A stretch of 33,071 nt of DNA from Pseudobdellovibrionaceae bacterium. Its GTDB lineage: Bacteria; Bdellovibrionota; Bdellovibrionia; Bdellovibrionales; Bdellovibrionaceae. The notes under the pieces were generated by a model that was given only the letters and a program-made list of their open reading frames with translations, had not been told where the DNA came from and ran no database searches. How positions within the stretch are numbered: the first letter of the stretch is position 1; every line of letters starts with the position of its first letter. Shown in pieces: positions 1-9,282 of this stretch. The stretch covers positions 1 through 33,071 of the forward strand of contig JBIKLL010000023.1 of the NCBI GenBank assembly GCA_044359815.1, in the 5' to 3' direction. The position numbers were made by a program, and so were the translations under genes.

Positions 1-111
1 AGTTAGATAGTTAGATAGTTAGATAGTTAGATAGTTAGATAGTTAGATAGTTAGATAGTTAGATAGTTAGATAGTTAGATAGTTAGATAGTTAGATAGTT
101 AGATAGTTAGA
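1..111. repeat. Perfect 8-bp tandem repeat (AGTTAGAT)n, truncated by window start
   Basis: 13 exact copies (1-104) plus AGTTAGA (105-111). Stop codons occur on both strands, so it is non-coding. Confidence 0.97.
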
Positions 112-418
112 AAATCCAGAGCTGCGGTTTATGTAAAGAAATAAAAATAGTTGTAGCTCAAGATTTGCTTTATCATTTAGATTAAATCAAAATTTCTCCA
201 TCAGACCCCATCAATGCTGTAATTCAGATCAGGCTCCACAACGGAAGAGGCCAAATAAAATTCAAACCAAAAATATTCTGCAAATCCAGAGGCATATGCA
301 GCCAATCAGAAAACCTGATCCCAATCCGGAATCAAAAATCCAAAATAAAACAACATCAATACTGCAGTTCGAAAATTGGCTCAAACAGCGCAGATTCCGA
401 CTCAGAATCACGTTCAGG

Positions 419-925
419 TTATTGTGCAGGTTTCACTAGGGTGAAAGATTTTTCGATCTTTTGGCCTTTTTTAGTGACGGCGGCAAAGGTGAATTCGTTG
501 TTGCCAGTTTTAAGCTCGATAAAATCTGATGTGAACTCGCTTTTGTCGTTAACAACTATGCTGGCAGAAAATCCGTTAGTCTTATTGACCAACTTAATTT
601 CTTGATTCGTATCCAATGAACAATTGCGCCCTTTAAACCGAATGTGAGTCCCCTTGGCGATGGGCATTTCGATAGGCTGATTGCAGTCGATCATTCCTTC
701 TACTGTTTTAGCCAGATTCAAAGCATTTCCCTCAACCAAGGAAACCGACGCGGGCTTTCTGTCGCCACCTAAAACAACGGCGATTTCTTCTTTTTTCTGA
801 ATAGGCTCACGAACAACTGACAGAACCGAGAAAATTCCCAGTACCGTAATCGCCGCAAAGGTGACTCCTAATTGATAAAAACTGATAGGACTTTTTGGAT
901 CCGCCATCACAATACAGATCGACAT
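419..925 (-). CDS. Hypothetical protein, N-terminal membrane anchor plus beta-rich (Ig-like) C-terminal domain
   Basis: 168-aa ORF with a hydrophobic segment (LGVTFAAITVLGIFSVLSVV), two nearby Cys (CNQP...RNC) and a C-terminal 'IELKTGNNEFTF' pattern typical of Ig-like domains. The true start may be MADPK at 907. Confidence 0.65.
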   Translation of the reverse strand: MSICIVMADPKSPISFYQLGVTFAAITVLGIFSVLSVVREPIQKKEEIAVVLGGDRKPASVSLVEGNALNLAKTVEGMIDCNQPIEMPIAKGTHIRFKGRNCSLDTNQEIKLVNKTNGFSASIVVNDKSEFTSDFIELKTGNNEFTFAAVTKKGQKIEKSFTLVKPAQ

Positions 926-1008
926 TTTTTTGGCAGGACTTAAAGCAGACTAAGGTGGTTCCAAGACTTTGGTTATAATACCCAGACTGATCAACTACCA
1001 AAAACTTT

Positions 1009-1083
1009 GGTAACAAGGGCCAGGTCCAACACTAAAACCTCAGGTAACAAGGGCCAGGCCCAATACTAATACCTCAGGTAACA
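1009..1083. repeat. 34-bp tandem repeat, 2 copies plus 7-bp partial
   Basis: GGTAACAAGGGCCAGG(T/C)CCAA(C/T)ACTAA(A/T)ACCTCA at 1009-1042 and 1043-1076 (3 mismatches), then GGTAACA at 1077-1083. Confidence 0.9.
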
Positions 1084-1183
1084 GCAGCTTGTACGGATAC
1101 AAGCTATTGTAATTGGCCAACTTGTCTGAGTTTAATTTTAAATTTTGAAAATAACCCCAGGCAATTAGATCGGTTATAAAATA

Positions 1184-1594
1184 CTATGGGGACTGTTTTT
1201 CAATCGAGATTGCAAATTTCTTGATCCCTGCAGACTTCACTACGTCAATAATATGGACTACAGAGCCGTGCGGGACAGTTTTATCCGCACTGATGATGGC
1301 CTGTGCATCAGGATTTTTTTCGATTTGCTCTTTGGCTTTGGCAGAAATCAAGGTGTCATCAGCTGGACTTCCGTTCAGTAAAGTCTTTCCATCCGATGTC
1401 AGCGTGACCGTCAGCTGAGTGGGTGCTGTTTGTTCGCCACTGGCAGCTTTTGGCAGATTAACTCCGATGGATGGCTTCATGATCATGGGTGCGGTCACCA
1501 TAAATATAATCAGAACAACCAAAATAATATCGACCAACGGAACCACATTGATTTCACTGATTGCTTCATCGTCGGACGAATATTTGCCAGCCAT
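1184..1594 (-). CDS. exbD: ExbD/TolR family biopolymer transport protein
   Basis: SEINVVPLVDIILVVLIIFMVTAP motif with the conserved TM Asp, VNLPKA, and the ADKTVPHGSVVHIIDVVKSAG periplasmic motif. ExbD, TolR and Agl paralogues cannot be told apart here. Confidence 0.9.
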   Translation of the reverse strand: MAGKYSSDDEAISEINVVPLVDIILVVLIIFMVTAPMIMKPSIGVNLPKAASGEQTAPTQLTVTLTSDGKTLLNGSPADDTLISAKAKEQIEKNPDAQAIISADKTVPHGSVVHIIDVVKSAGIKKFAISIEKQSP

Positions 1595-1597
1595 TTA

Positions 1598-2224
1598 TCA
1601 GCCTTTTTTCTTGGCAAAAGCCAAACACAGTTCTTTGACAGAATCTAAACTGGATAAAATACTTTTAACCTGTTTTTGAAAATAATTATAAAAAATCACC
1701 GCAGGTATTGCCACAAACAACCCAGTCGCTGTCGCCACAAGGGCCAACGAAATCCCGGCCATCACTGTCTGCTGACCAGCCTCTGCATTCATAGCCAAAT
1801 CATTAAAGGCTTTCATGATACCTAATACCGTACCTAACAATCCGATGTATGGAGCATTGGATCCCACTGTAGCCAAAAAGTTCAAAAACCTTTCCAGATC
1901 AGGCTTTTCAGTCAATGAATAGGCGTTAAAAACTTCTTCCAATCCTTTTGATCCATTGTCTCTGATGTGCTTCAAAGCATGATTGATTGCGCGGCCTTCA
2001 ACGGTATTGATGTTTTTCGAAAATTCTTGAACATCCTCAACGCTGTTGCTTTGCAAGGCTTGCCTAATTCTTTCGCGGAAATGGGCACTGTTTTTCGTTG
2101 CCGATCGCAGATAAAAAAACCGTTCCAGTATGACGCCGACTGAAATCACGCTCAATGCTATCAAAAGCCACAAAATACCCTGATCCAATATCTGTGCTAT
2201 CGCAAAAATTTTCTCTGTTAACAT
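1598..2224 (-). CDS. exbB: MotA/TolQ/ExbB proton channel protein
   Basis: LATVGSNAPYIGLLGTVLGIMKAF and AGISLALVATATGLFVAIPA motifs. Start moved to ATG 2224 (MLTEK), which has a GAGGGA RBS upstream. Confidence 0.9.
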   Translation of the reverse strand: MLTEKIFAIAQILDQGILWLLIALSVISVGVILERFFYLRSATKNSAHFRERIRQALQSNSVEDVQEFSKNINTVEGRAINHALKHIRDNGSKGLEEVFNAYSLTEKPDLERFLNFLATVGSNAPYIGLLGTVLGIMKAFNDLAMNAEAGQQTVMAGISLALVATATGLFVAIPAVIFYNYFQKQVKSILSSLDSVKELCLAFAKKKG

Positions 2225-2278
2225 AAATGCTCCCTCGACACTCTGATTATGGCTAGATATATTAAACACCGTCAAGCC

Positions 2279-3838
2279 ATGACCTATTTACGACTTATTT
2301 TTTTATTTTTATGTGTTGGACTTTTATCATGCGAGTTTCGCAGCAAAGATTCTAATCGTATCCTGATCATCGCTGTTGAAAAACTGGGAACAAAATTGAA
2401 TCTATGCGAACCCAGGTCCGAACAAACCAATAACGGATTTGTTGAGCTTTGTCAGAATTCAATTCGCTTTTCGCACGCATATTCACCATCGACTCAGGGT
2501 ATCCCCGCCCTGACTTCTGTCCTGACAGGTCTTTATCCTTTTGAACATCAGGTGCGACTGAACTCTGTTCAGTTTTTAAAGCCCGAATTTGACACTGTCA
2601 CAGAATTGGCTCGAGAAAAAAACATGTTCACGGCATTGATTTCGGGTGGACCACCACTGTTCAGAAAATCTGGGCTATCCCAAGGTTTCGAGATTTTTGA
2701 TGACTACCTGCCCTCGTCCATCAGAAAGCCTTTTCGTCCCATCGAGCAGTCCTTTGAAATTATAAAAAGCTGGATGCAGGAAGAACGGCATTTTTTCGGA
2801 GTTCTGTATGCTCCTGATTTACTGTACACAGAAACAGTCACTACAAATGATTTGGGTGAAATAAGAAACAGCACTTTTGATTCGCAGGTGGATGAATTAT
2901 CGGAAACACTGTTTCATTTTTTTGATTGGCTTAAAAAACATTCGCTTTGGGACCAAACCACTGTAATCTTAGTCGGTCTGAATTCAAACAATGACACCCA
3001 CCGAAGCTTTATCTCGGCAATCGAAGCTCCATTTTCAGATAAAACCCATGTGGCACTTTTTGTGAAACCCAGTTTTTACTTACAAAAGAATCAACATGTT
3101 GATCAATTAGTCTCCCTGGTGGATCTGGGGCAAACCTTGATTGAAAACCTGTCAGGGATAACCGGCACCCGTGATGATTTTGCTTTTCAGAAAAAATCAT
3201 TGACTGAAATTTGGCTTAATCCCGATTCCCATCCAAGCGAAAAACCCATAGTGATTGAAAACCTATTTGATTTCTGGCGCACAAAATTACCTGTGCAGAT
3301 TGCCCTTCGAAACAAAAATAATTTGTATTTCAGGTCTCACACGGAAGAATTTTTGTTTAATGTTTTATCAGATCCAAACGAACTGCACCCCTTATCCTTA
3401 AAAGAACCACTGATTGAAGGTATTTTGAAAGAGCGCAGAAAAGCTGTCGAGTCTATGAAGGACAGTTTGCTGAAGGTATCAATAGAGTCTTCAGCTTCTG
3501 CAAACTTGCGGATGTGTCTGCCAAAAATAAAATCTGTGCCGGTAAAACAATGGGCGGCAAAAGACTGTGACAATGTATTGTTTAGTAAATTTATGACTTG
3601 GCTTAAGCTGGAAATAGCTGGCGAAAATGACGACAACAAAGAATCCGCAAAGCGCGAATTTATCAGGTACTACACGGAATTTGTGCAGGAAAAGGAACTG
3701 TTTATTTTGGCTCTTCAAAAAGGCCGCAAATGGAATGTCAGACCTGATGGATTTATGTTTTTGGAGGATTTTGAAAAAATAAAAAACTTGAATCAGCTTT
3801 TACCTTACAAAGATAAAATCTCGAAATTACAGATTTAG
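2279..3838 (+). CDS. Alkaline phosphatase/sulfatase-superfamily lipoprotein with degenerate active site
   Basis: Lipobox LLSC after MTYLRLIFLFLCVG. Sulfatase-like segments RFSHAYSPS...LTGLYPFEHQVR, GLSQGFEIFDD, LVSLVDLG and FNVLSDPNE are present, but CxPxR is absent. Confidence 0.75.
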   Translation: MTYLRLIFLFLCVGLLSCEFRSKDSNRILIIAVEKLGTKLNLCEPRSEQTNNGFVELCQNSIRFSHAYSPSTQGIPALTSVLTGLYPFEHQVRLNSVQFLKPEFDTVTELAREKNMFTALISGGPPLFRKSGLSQGFEIFDDYLPSSIRKPFRPIEQSFEIIKSWMQEERHFFGVLYAPDLLYTETVTTNDLGEIRNSTFDSQVDELSETLFHFFDWLKKHSLWDQTTVILVGLNSNNDTHRSFISAIEAPFSDKTHVALFVKPSFYLQKNQHVDQLVSLVDLGQTLIENLSGITGTRDDFAFQKKSLTEIWLNPDSHPSEKPIVIENLFDFWRTKLPVQIALRNKNNLYFRSHTEEFLFNVLSDPNELHPLSLKEPLIEGILKERRKAVESMKDSLLKVSIESSASANLRMCLPKIKSVPVKQWAAKDCDNVLFSKFMTWLKLEIAGENDDNKESAKREFIRYYTEFVQEKELFILALQKGRKWNVRPDGFMFLEDFEKIKNLNQLLPYKDKISKLQI

Positions 3839-4491
3839 AAACCTCTTAGTGGTATTTCAGCCAACCAAAAAGGTGATTGGTAGTCTGATTCAATCAGTGC
3901 AGATTCTAGTTGCTTAAAATCACCTTCAAAAGTTTTCAACAATTCTTGTTGATTAAAGCTGCAAGCAACTAATACCAGACTGTCCACACCCTTCAGATCA
4001 CAAGTCCCAGCAGACACAGATATTTCTGCTGAAACACCAAGGGCATTTAATGGCAGCGGCGAAGCCTCTGGCACAGCGGACTCAGATGCGCTCAACAACA
4101 TCAATCGATTACCTTGGCGCGCTGCCACCGTTAAATCTGAACAACAGGCCCAGTGCAATTGCTGATCGACTTTCTGAAAAATCGAAACCTCTACTAAATG
4201 TTTTAAATACACAGAATTGTATTCGCTCAATACGATTTCATTGGCAGATTTTAGAGAAGAATTCAGTTTTTCGTTAAATTCGGGTGCTGCCACAGGGTCC
4301 ATGCCCGAAATCTTGGTGACATCCAAATCAACTGAGATATTCAAAAAATCATCCAGCTTTGATGCCAGGCTTTCAATGCTCAGATCGCCACTCCATCTGG
4401 TAATCACAGTCAGTCGACGGCTTTTAACGTCGGCAATGACTTTCGGTCTGGGTCTGAAGGCTGTGCCTGCAAATATCCTTTGTTGTATCAT
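3835..4491 (-). CDS. Hypothetical protein, possibly degenerate PP2C/PPM-type phosphatase fold
   Basis: Last gene of the FHA operon, with ATG 1 nt after the upstream stop. 'LNSSLKSANEIVL...LHWACCSD...LNALG...DSLVLVACS' follows PP2C secondary-structure order but lacks the DG motifs. Confidence 0.55.
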   Translation of the reverse strand: MIQQRIFAGTAFRPRPKVIADVKSRRLTVITRWSGDLSIESLASKLDDFLNISVDLDVTKISGMDPVAAPEFNEKLNSSLKSANEIVLSEYNSVYLKHLVEVSIFQKVDQQLHWACCSDLTVAARQGNRLMLLSASESAVPEASPLPLNALGVSAEISVSAGTCDLKGVDSLVLVACSFNQQELLKTFEGDFKQLESALIESDYQSPFWLAEIPLRGF

Positions 4492-4492
4492 C

Positions 4493-6415
4493 TTAAAGAC
4501 CATATTTCTTTAGTTTCAGTTTTGCTTTTTTGTAATATTCTTCTTCAGGCAAACTCTTTTCCAGAATGCGCTTCCATTTGCCCTTGGCGGCTTCGACTTC
4601 ACCGACGCTTTCCTCCAAGATCCCCTCTTGGTAGTAAGCTTGCATTTGCCGTTTTAAATCACCCATCATCTGGCTCAGTTTTGTCTTTGCAACTTCGTTA
4701 TTAGGATTGATTTCCACAGAAGCTTTCATTTTCAGAATAGCTTCTTTCAGATTGCCATTTTTTAAGTAATCTTCGGCGTCTTTTTCGTACTTACGCTGTC
4801 TGGTTGACAGGTCATCCTGAATGCTAGCGATTTTTCGCTTGGCTTTTGATTTCAGATTATCTGGATCAGGCAATCCCGAGTTCACTACTACATCATAGGC
4901 CTTGATCGCAGCCAAATACTGAGTGTCGATAAACAAAGTTTCGGCCTTGTGAAACAGATTTCGCTGCCTTTGCACTCGGTCTTCATAGGCTTGCTGCTTT
5001 TCTTCTTTGATAGCCTGTTCAGCCATTATTCTTTCGACCTGTTCGCGAGCCTCTAAAATTGCAGGGTGCTCTGGATTTAGTACCAATACCTGATCCAAGC
5101 ATTTTTCCAAATCACTCATTGTAGTGGTCGGTCTGATTTGTGTTTTACAGATGTTCACTTGGTTTTGGATTTTGATTTCAGATTCACGTTTTTCTTCTTC
5201 CCTAGCCAGTGCTTTTTGCTGTTCGATCTGGGTTTGCAATGCTACCTCAGCTAACTGTTCCAGATTTTTTGATTCATAGTAATACGGAACCAATTGATGG
5301 ATTTTTGAAACTTCTTGTTTGGCTAATTGGTATTTGCCCTGTCTGAACAATTGATCAGCCAAACTGTAGGTATCATGCACATACCGCTGCTGCTGAGCCG
5401 TCAACCGATCAAACGCAGACTGCGGTCTGCCGCCTGATTCGCTGGCCATGTCAGATTTTTGCGATGAACCCGAATCTTCCAGAACATACATCAATGTCAA
5501 TCCTATCACCACCACACCAATAAACAGCACGTACCATTGATTGTCAGGTTGCTTGCGTTTTTTACGACGACTGGCTTGGTACTGTGACGGGTAATTCATC
5601 CCTGGCTGATAGGCGACTGGTGGCGGTGGTTCGTCTAAAATCGAAGCATCATGAAAGGACGACTCAACATCTTCGACCGCCATCACAGATTTCATTTTGT
5701 CTTTAAAATCTGGATCTCTGATTTCAAAAATTACCTTGTAATTCACGACCTCAATTGTGTCACCACTGGCCAGTCGATTCCATTGCATAGGAGTCAGGTT
5801 TTCACGATTCAAAACGGTGCCGTTTGAACTGTTTAAGTCCCTAACCATATAATTTCCGTCTTCGTATTTGATTTCAAAATGCTGACGGCTGAATTCAGAA
5901 ACATCAATAAATATAGTCGAACGAGTGTCGCGACCGGCAACCCAGTTTTGCCCCTCAAGCCTGAAGACCTTAAATATCTGACCCATTTCATTGGCAATTT
6001 TGACCAGAATTTCCTGTTTTTGCGAAACCACAACAGTGCGCTCGTTAATGGATTCGTTAAACGAGGATTCAATGCTTTTTTTGCGTCTGCTGGATTCAGT
6101 CTTTACTGGATTCTGAGCTTGCTCTTCATCAACGAACATAAATCTGTAAGGTGGCACATCAAACAGATGACCATGTTCCAGAACAATTTTGCTGTTTTTA
6201 ACACCGTTAACATACAGCTCTTTAAATTTAGACAAACAATCGACTGTCCATAAACCTTTTTCGTTAAAGATTTTCAGATGTTTTCGACTGATTCCAACTT
6301 CGGCCTCAATGGTGATGTCACAATTATGTCCACGGCCAACGATGTAGGATTTGCTTTGCTTCAGCTTGACCTCAGAAATCATGACATCATTTTTATATAT
6401 TCTCAGTAATGACAT
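4493..6415 (-). CDS. Tandem-FHA, single-TM, TPR/coiled-coil membrane protein
   Basis: FHA1 (VGRGHNCDI...ISRKH), FHA2 (AGRD...FSRQH...DLNSSNGT), TM WYVLFIGVVVIGLTLMYVL, and a helical TPR-like C-terminus. The start at 6415 overlaps the upstream TGA (TGATG). Confidence 0.85.
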   Translation of the reverse strand: MSLLRIYKNDVMISEVKLKQSKSYIVGRGHNCDITIEAEVGISRKHLKIFNEKGLWTVDCLSKFKELYVNGVKNSKIVLEHGHLFDVPPYRFMFVDEEQAQNPVKTESSRRKKSIESSFNESINERTVVVSQKQEILVKIANEMGQIFKVFRLEGQNWVAGRDTRSTIFIDVSEFSRQHFEIKYEDGNYMVRDLNSSNGTVLNRENLTPMQWNRLASGDTIEVVNYKVIFEIRDPDFKDKMKSVMAVEDVESSFHDASILDEPPPPVAYQPGMNYPSQYQASRRKKRKQPDNQWYVLFIGVVVIGLTLMYVLEDSGSSQKSDMASESGGRPQSAFDRLTAQQQRYVHDTYSLADQLFRQGKYQLAKQEVSKIHQLVPYYYESKNLEQLAEVALQTQIEQQKALAREEEKRESEIKIQNQVNICKTQIRPTTTMSDLEKCLDQVLVLNPEHPAILEAREQVERIMAEQAIKEEKQQAYEDRVQRQRNLFHKAETLFIDTQYLAAIKAYDVVVNSGLPDPDNLKSKAKRKIASIQDDLSTRQRKYEKDAEDYLKNGNLKEAILKMKASVEINPNNEVAKTKLSQMMGDLKRQMQAYYQEGILEESVGEVEAAKGKWKRILEKSLPEEEYYKKAKLKLKKYGL

Positions 6416-7356
6416 CAGTGCCCCCCTTCCAGGCGCACAGAACACTCATCAAAGAGCTGCTTGGCTTCCTTAAATATGGGGTCATTGATGTCTTTAAGCA
6501 TAATCATGACTTGCGAAAACGATGACTTACACAATCTAAAATTGTTTTTTCCCAGATACCTTTTCCCCAGAATCATGTTTTGCTGAATCTGTCCGTCGAA
6601 CTTTCTCTTTGCCAGAGCCCAATATTTTTTGGACAGATCATGATTCGGAAAGAAACTCAGCGCTGCTTGAAATGATTGAATCGATCTGGCGTATTGTCCC
6701 TGTCGATAGTCCCGGAAACCCTTCAGATAATGCTGTTGCGCCAATTGAAACTGCAGTGTGTCCTGTCCAGTTTGTATGCGCTTTTGTTCAATATCTTTTA
6801 TTGTAGATATCGACTGCTCTATAGATTTAGTGACATCAAACTGTGATCTGACAGGAACTGGTTCAGATTTTTTTGTTTCAGGACTAAAGTACATATACGC
6901 AATAAGTCCTATTAATAGAGCGATTCCGTACAATCTGATTCTGCCCCAATCTGATCCAACGCCTTTTGCAAAAACCTTTGGTTTTTTAGCCAGGGACAGT
7001 TGTTCCAAAAACTCGGGATTAAATATTTTGTATCTGACTGTTAAATGAGTGTCGCCCAAGGTCAGTTTTACAGGCTGATTAACACTGACCTCTTTAATCA
7101 TATTGTCGTTCAAAAATAATACGTTTTTGTCAGAAACATTTCTGATTCTGATTCCAGATGGCGTCAGCTTGATTTCACAATGATGGCGACTGGCCTTAAT
7201 GTCCTCTAATATCACATCATTGTCGGGCTCGCGTCCCAGACTGATTTTCTGTTTAGTAAAGGTATAAATCTTGCCGACGTTTTTACCTGATTCCAGCACC
7301 ACTTCGATTACGAACTGTGGGGATCCATCTGGACGAATCATAGGGGCTGCACTCAT
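6415..7356 (-). CDS. FHA domain, TM, TPR membrane protein
   Basis: FHA (LGREPDNDVIL...ASRHH), TM LYGIALLIGLIAYMYF, TPR (YLKGFRDYRQGQYARSIQSFQAALSFFP). The start at 7356 has an AAGGAGG RBS and an ATGA overlap. Confidence 0.85.
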   Translation of the reverse strand: MSAAPMIRPDGSPQFVIEVVLESGKNVGKIYTFTKQKISLGREPDNDVILEDIKASRHHCEIKLTPSGIRIRNVSDKNVLFLNDNMIKEVSVNQPVKLTLGDTHLTVRYKIFNPEFLEQLSLAKKPKVFAKGVGSDWGRIRLYGIALLIGLIAYMYFSPETKKSEPVPVRSQFDVTKSIEQSISTIKDIEQKRIQTGQDTLQFQLAQQHYLKGFRDYRQGQYARSIQSFQAALSFFPNHDLSKKYWALAKRKFDGQIQQNMILGKRYLGKNNFRLCKSSFSQVMIMLKDINDPIFKEAKQLFDECSVRLEGGH

Positions 7357-8948
7357 GCTGCGCCTCCTTGTGATTCTGTCAAAGGTGCGAATGAAATCAG
7401 ATAAAATTCTGGCTGACCATTTGATTGACCCAAAGCCTGACATTGAATCGACAACATCATGCTGGAAATTTCAATCTGATCGTTGACTGTAACCTGCGGC
7501 TGCGCCCCAGATTTTTTAATTAATTCTTGCAGATTTTTTTGTAAGGCCTGATCAGGTATGGCGACAATATTTTGATTGAATAATTGCATTGCCGAATAGC
7601 CAGTCAAAGCTTCAAATTGCGGATTGATTTCCAAAATCATACCCATTTTGTTAATCAACAATCCCGGAAAGCCCATAATCTTGATAATGTTTCTGATTTC
7701 GTTTTCATTGATACCACTGTGCTCTAACAATTGCGGCCCACCTGACACCCCACCACGCGACACCAGACTGTTAATATTTACCAAGACATCGTGTAATGCC
7801 TGTGACCTGATTGAAGTCTGCACGTGATCAACCTTGTTGCTCAAAACCTCGTCCAAGTTTTTCTTAAGCTGCACCAATGGGTATTCGACGACTTTTGCAA
7901 GCAGATAAAACATCACAAATCCCAACAGCAATGCGATAGCCAACATCTGGATAAACATGCTGAAAGCTTTCCCATCACTAAAGGTCAAGCTCTTCGGATT
8001 ATAGATAATGACCACTGTGGCTTTAGCTACGTTTTGTTGCAGCTCTGGATCAAACACTACAATTGGAGCACTGGCTGCGATCTGGTCATTTGACAGAACC
8101 ACAGAAGTTTCCTTGATGTATCCACGGATTTGTTTCACAAACCCTGCTTGTTTAGGCGAAGCTCCAACTCGTTCACCTGGGGCAATGATGGTGCCGTCTT
8201 TAGAAATGATGTAAACATCATCAATGCCTTCTTCGCGTAAAATCAAATCAGTGGTGTAGCTGGAAATATCATTGCTTCTGATTATTTTTTCATTGGATTG
8301 TGCCAAAGCTCTGGCCAGGGTCAATGCACGCCGTTTGCTTTCAATCTGCACACTTTCTTGTGTGATGCTCTTCATCGGAAAAATCGCCAACAAAGTAATC
8401 GCAAAAATAAATATTAGTGCAAACCCAACAACCACAGCTTTCACATCAAACGAATGCGTCAGCTGAAACAATCCCGGATAAACCGCGCGTTCCAAATAGT
8501 TTTCGATTTGTTCATTTAGTGATTTTGGCAGTGCCATTGATCGATTGACTGAAGAATCTGCAGACTGCTGACCCATCGCCGGTGTCATTGGCTGCGATGG
8601 CATCTGAGCCGCAGGCATCTGTCGGGTCTGTCGGGCCAATGCCCGTTGATTGACCTGATGATCCCTTTCAACCAGTTCCATCATAACGTCATGAGCAGCA
8701 ATCTTGTCGCCCTTTTTCAGGATCGTATTGCGAACACGAACTCCGTTTACAAAGGTTCCGTTACTGGATTCCAGATCCTTTAACAAAAATTTCTCGTCAC
8801 GATAAATGATTTCAAAATGTTCCTTGGAAACTTGTGGGTTATCAATCTGAATATCGCAACTCTCAGCCCTGCCGATTTTGTTGTGTCCCTTTTTCAGGGA
8901 ATAAGTTCTGCCTGTTTGGCTTCCAGATAGGATCTTAATTTTCCACAT
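7353..8948 (-). CDS. FHA, TM, extracytoplasmic domain, TM, PAS-like protein
   Basis: Canonical FHA (IGRAESCDI...VSKEH...DLESSNGT), two TM helices flanking a Cache-like segment (VYIISKDGTIIA), and a PAS-like C-terminus (GLLINKMGMILEINPQFEALTGYS). Start at MWKIK. Confidence 0.82.
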   Translation of the reverse strand: MWKIKILSGSQTGRTYSLKKGHNKIGRAESCDIQIDNPQVSKEHFEIIYRDEKFLLKDLESSNGTFVNGVRVRNTILKKGDKIAAHDVMMELVERDHQVNQRALARQTRQMPAAQMPSQPMTPAMGQQSADSSVNRSMALPKSLNEQIENYLERAVYPGLFQLTHSFDVKAVVVGFALIFIFAITLLAIFPMKSITQESVQIESKRRALTLARALAQSNEKIIRSNDISSYTTDLILREEGIDDVYIISKDGTIIAPGERVGASPKQAGFVKQIRGYIKETSVVLSNDQIAASAPIVVFDPELQQNVAKATVVIIYNPKSLTFSDGKAFSMFIQMLAIALLLGFVMFYLLAKVVEYPLVQLKKNLDEVLSNKVDHVQTSIRSQALHDVLVNINSLVSRGGVSGGPQLLEHSGINENEIRNIIKIMGFPGLLINKMGMILEINPQFEALTGYSAMQLFNQNIVAIPDQALQKNLQELIKKSGAQPQVTVNDQIEISSMMLSIQCQALGQSNGQPEFYLISFAPLTESQGGAA

Positions 8949-9282
8949 ACAACTGATCCCCAACTGAAAGACTAATTAAATTTGGATTTCCAGAACTGAC
9001 TTCGATAACTGAATTGGCTCCCCACACCGGCCAGACCAATCCAAAAGGTTTGATCTGTTTTTTGATTGCTTTGATTTTTAAATTTTTATCCAAAAACACA
9101 CAGTCGATGTCAAATTTCATAAAGCAAGTGTGTATGCTGTTGCAGCTGTGAATCCATAACCCCTGCTGATCAGTCAATGAACGACGACCCATCAGACCGA
9201 TAGCACGGTCCCAAAATTTATCAGCGATGATCAAATCGCTTAATAAAATCTGTTTAGAGTTGTTGTTCTTTAAGACCGCCAC
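8935..9282 (-). CDS. DUF192 family protein
   Basis: IADKFWDRAIGLMGR, SIHTCFMKFDIDCVFLD and VIEV motifs. The GTG start overlaps the tadC TAG. Confidence 0.88.
   Translation of the reverse strand: MAVLKNNNSKQILLSDLIIADKFWDRAIGLMGRRSLTDQQGLWIHSCNSIHTCFMKFDIDCVFLDKNLKIKAIKKQIKPFGLVWPVWGANSVIEVSSGNPNLISLSVGDQLYVEN

Noticed and set aside
112..418. Small ORF or ncRNA between the microsatellite and the first gene
   Set aside because: There is only a minus-strand frame of about 49 codons without an RBS, and no convincing structure.
1009..1083. CRISPR mini-array (34-bp repeats)
   Set aside because: The repeats abut with no spacers, there are only about 2 copies, and no cas genes are present.
4241..4255. 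15-nt exact match (TTGGCAGATTTTAGA) to the hairpin-2 arm at 28956-28970 as a possible guide/target pair
   Set aside because: The match does not extend convincingly and is AT-rich. It is plausibly chance without a genome-wide test.
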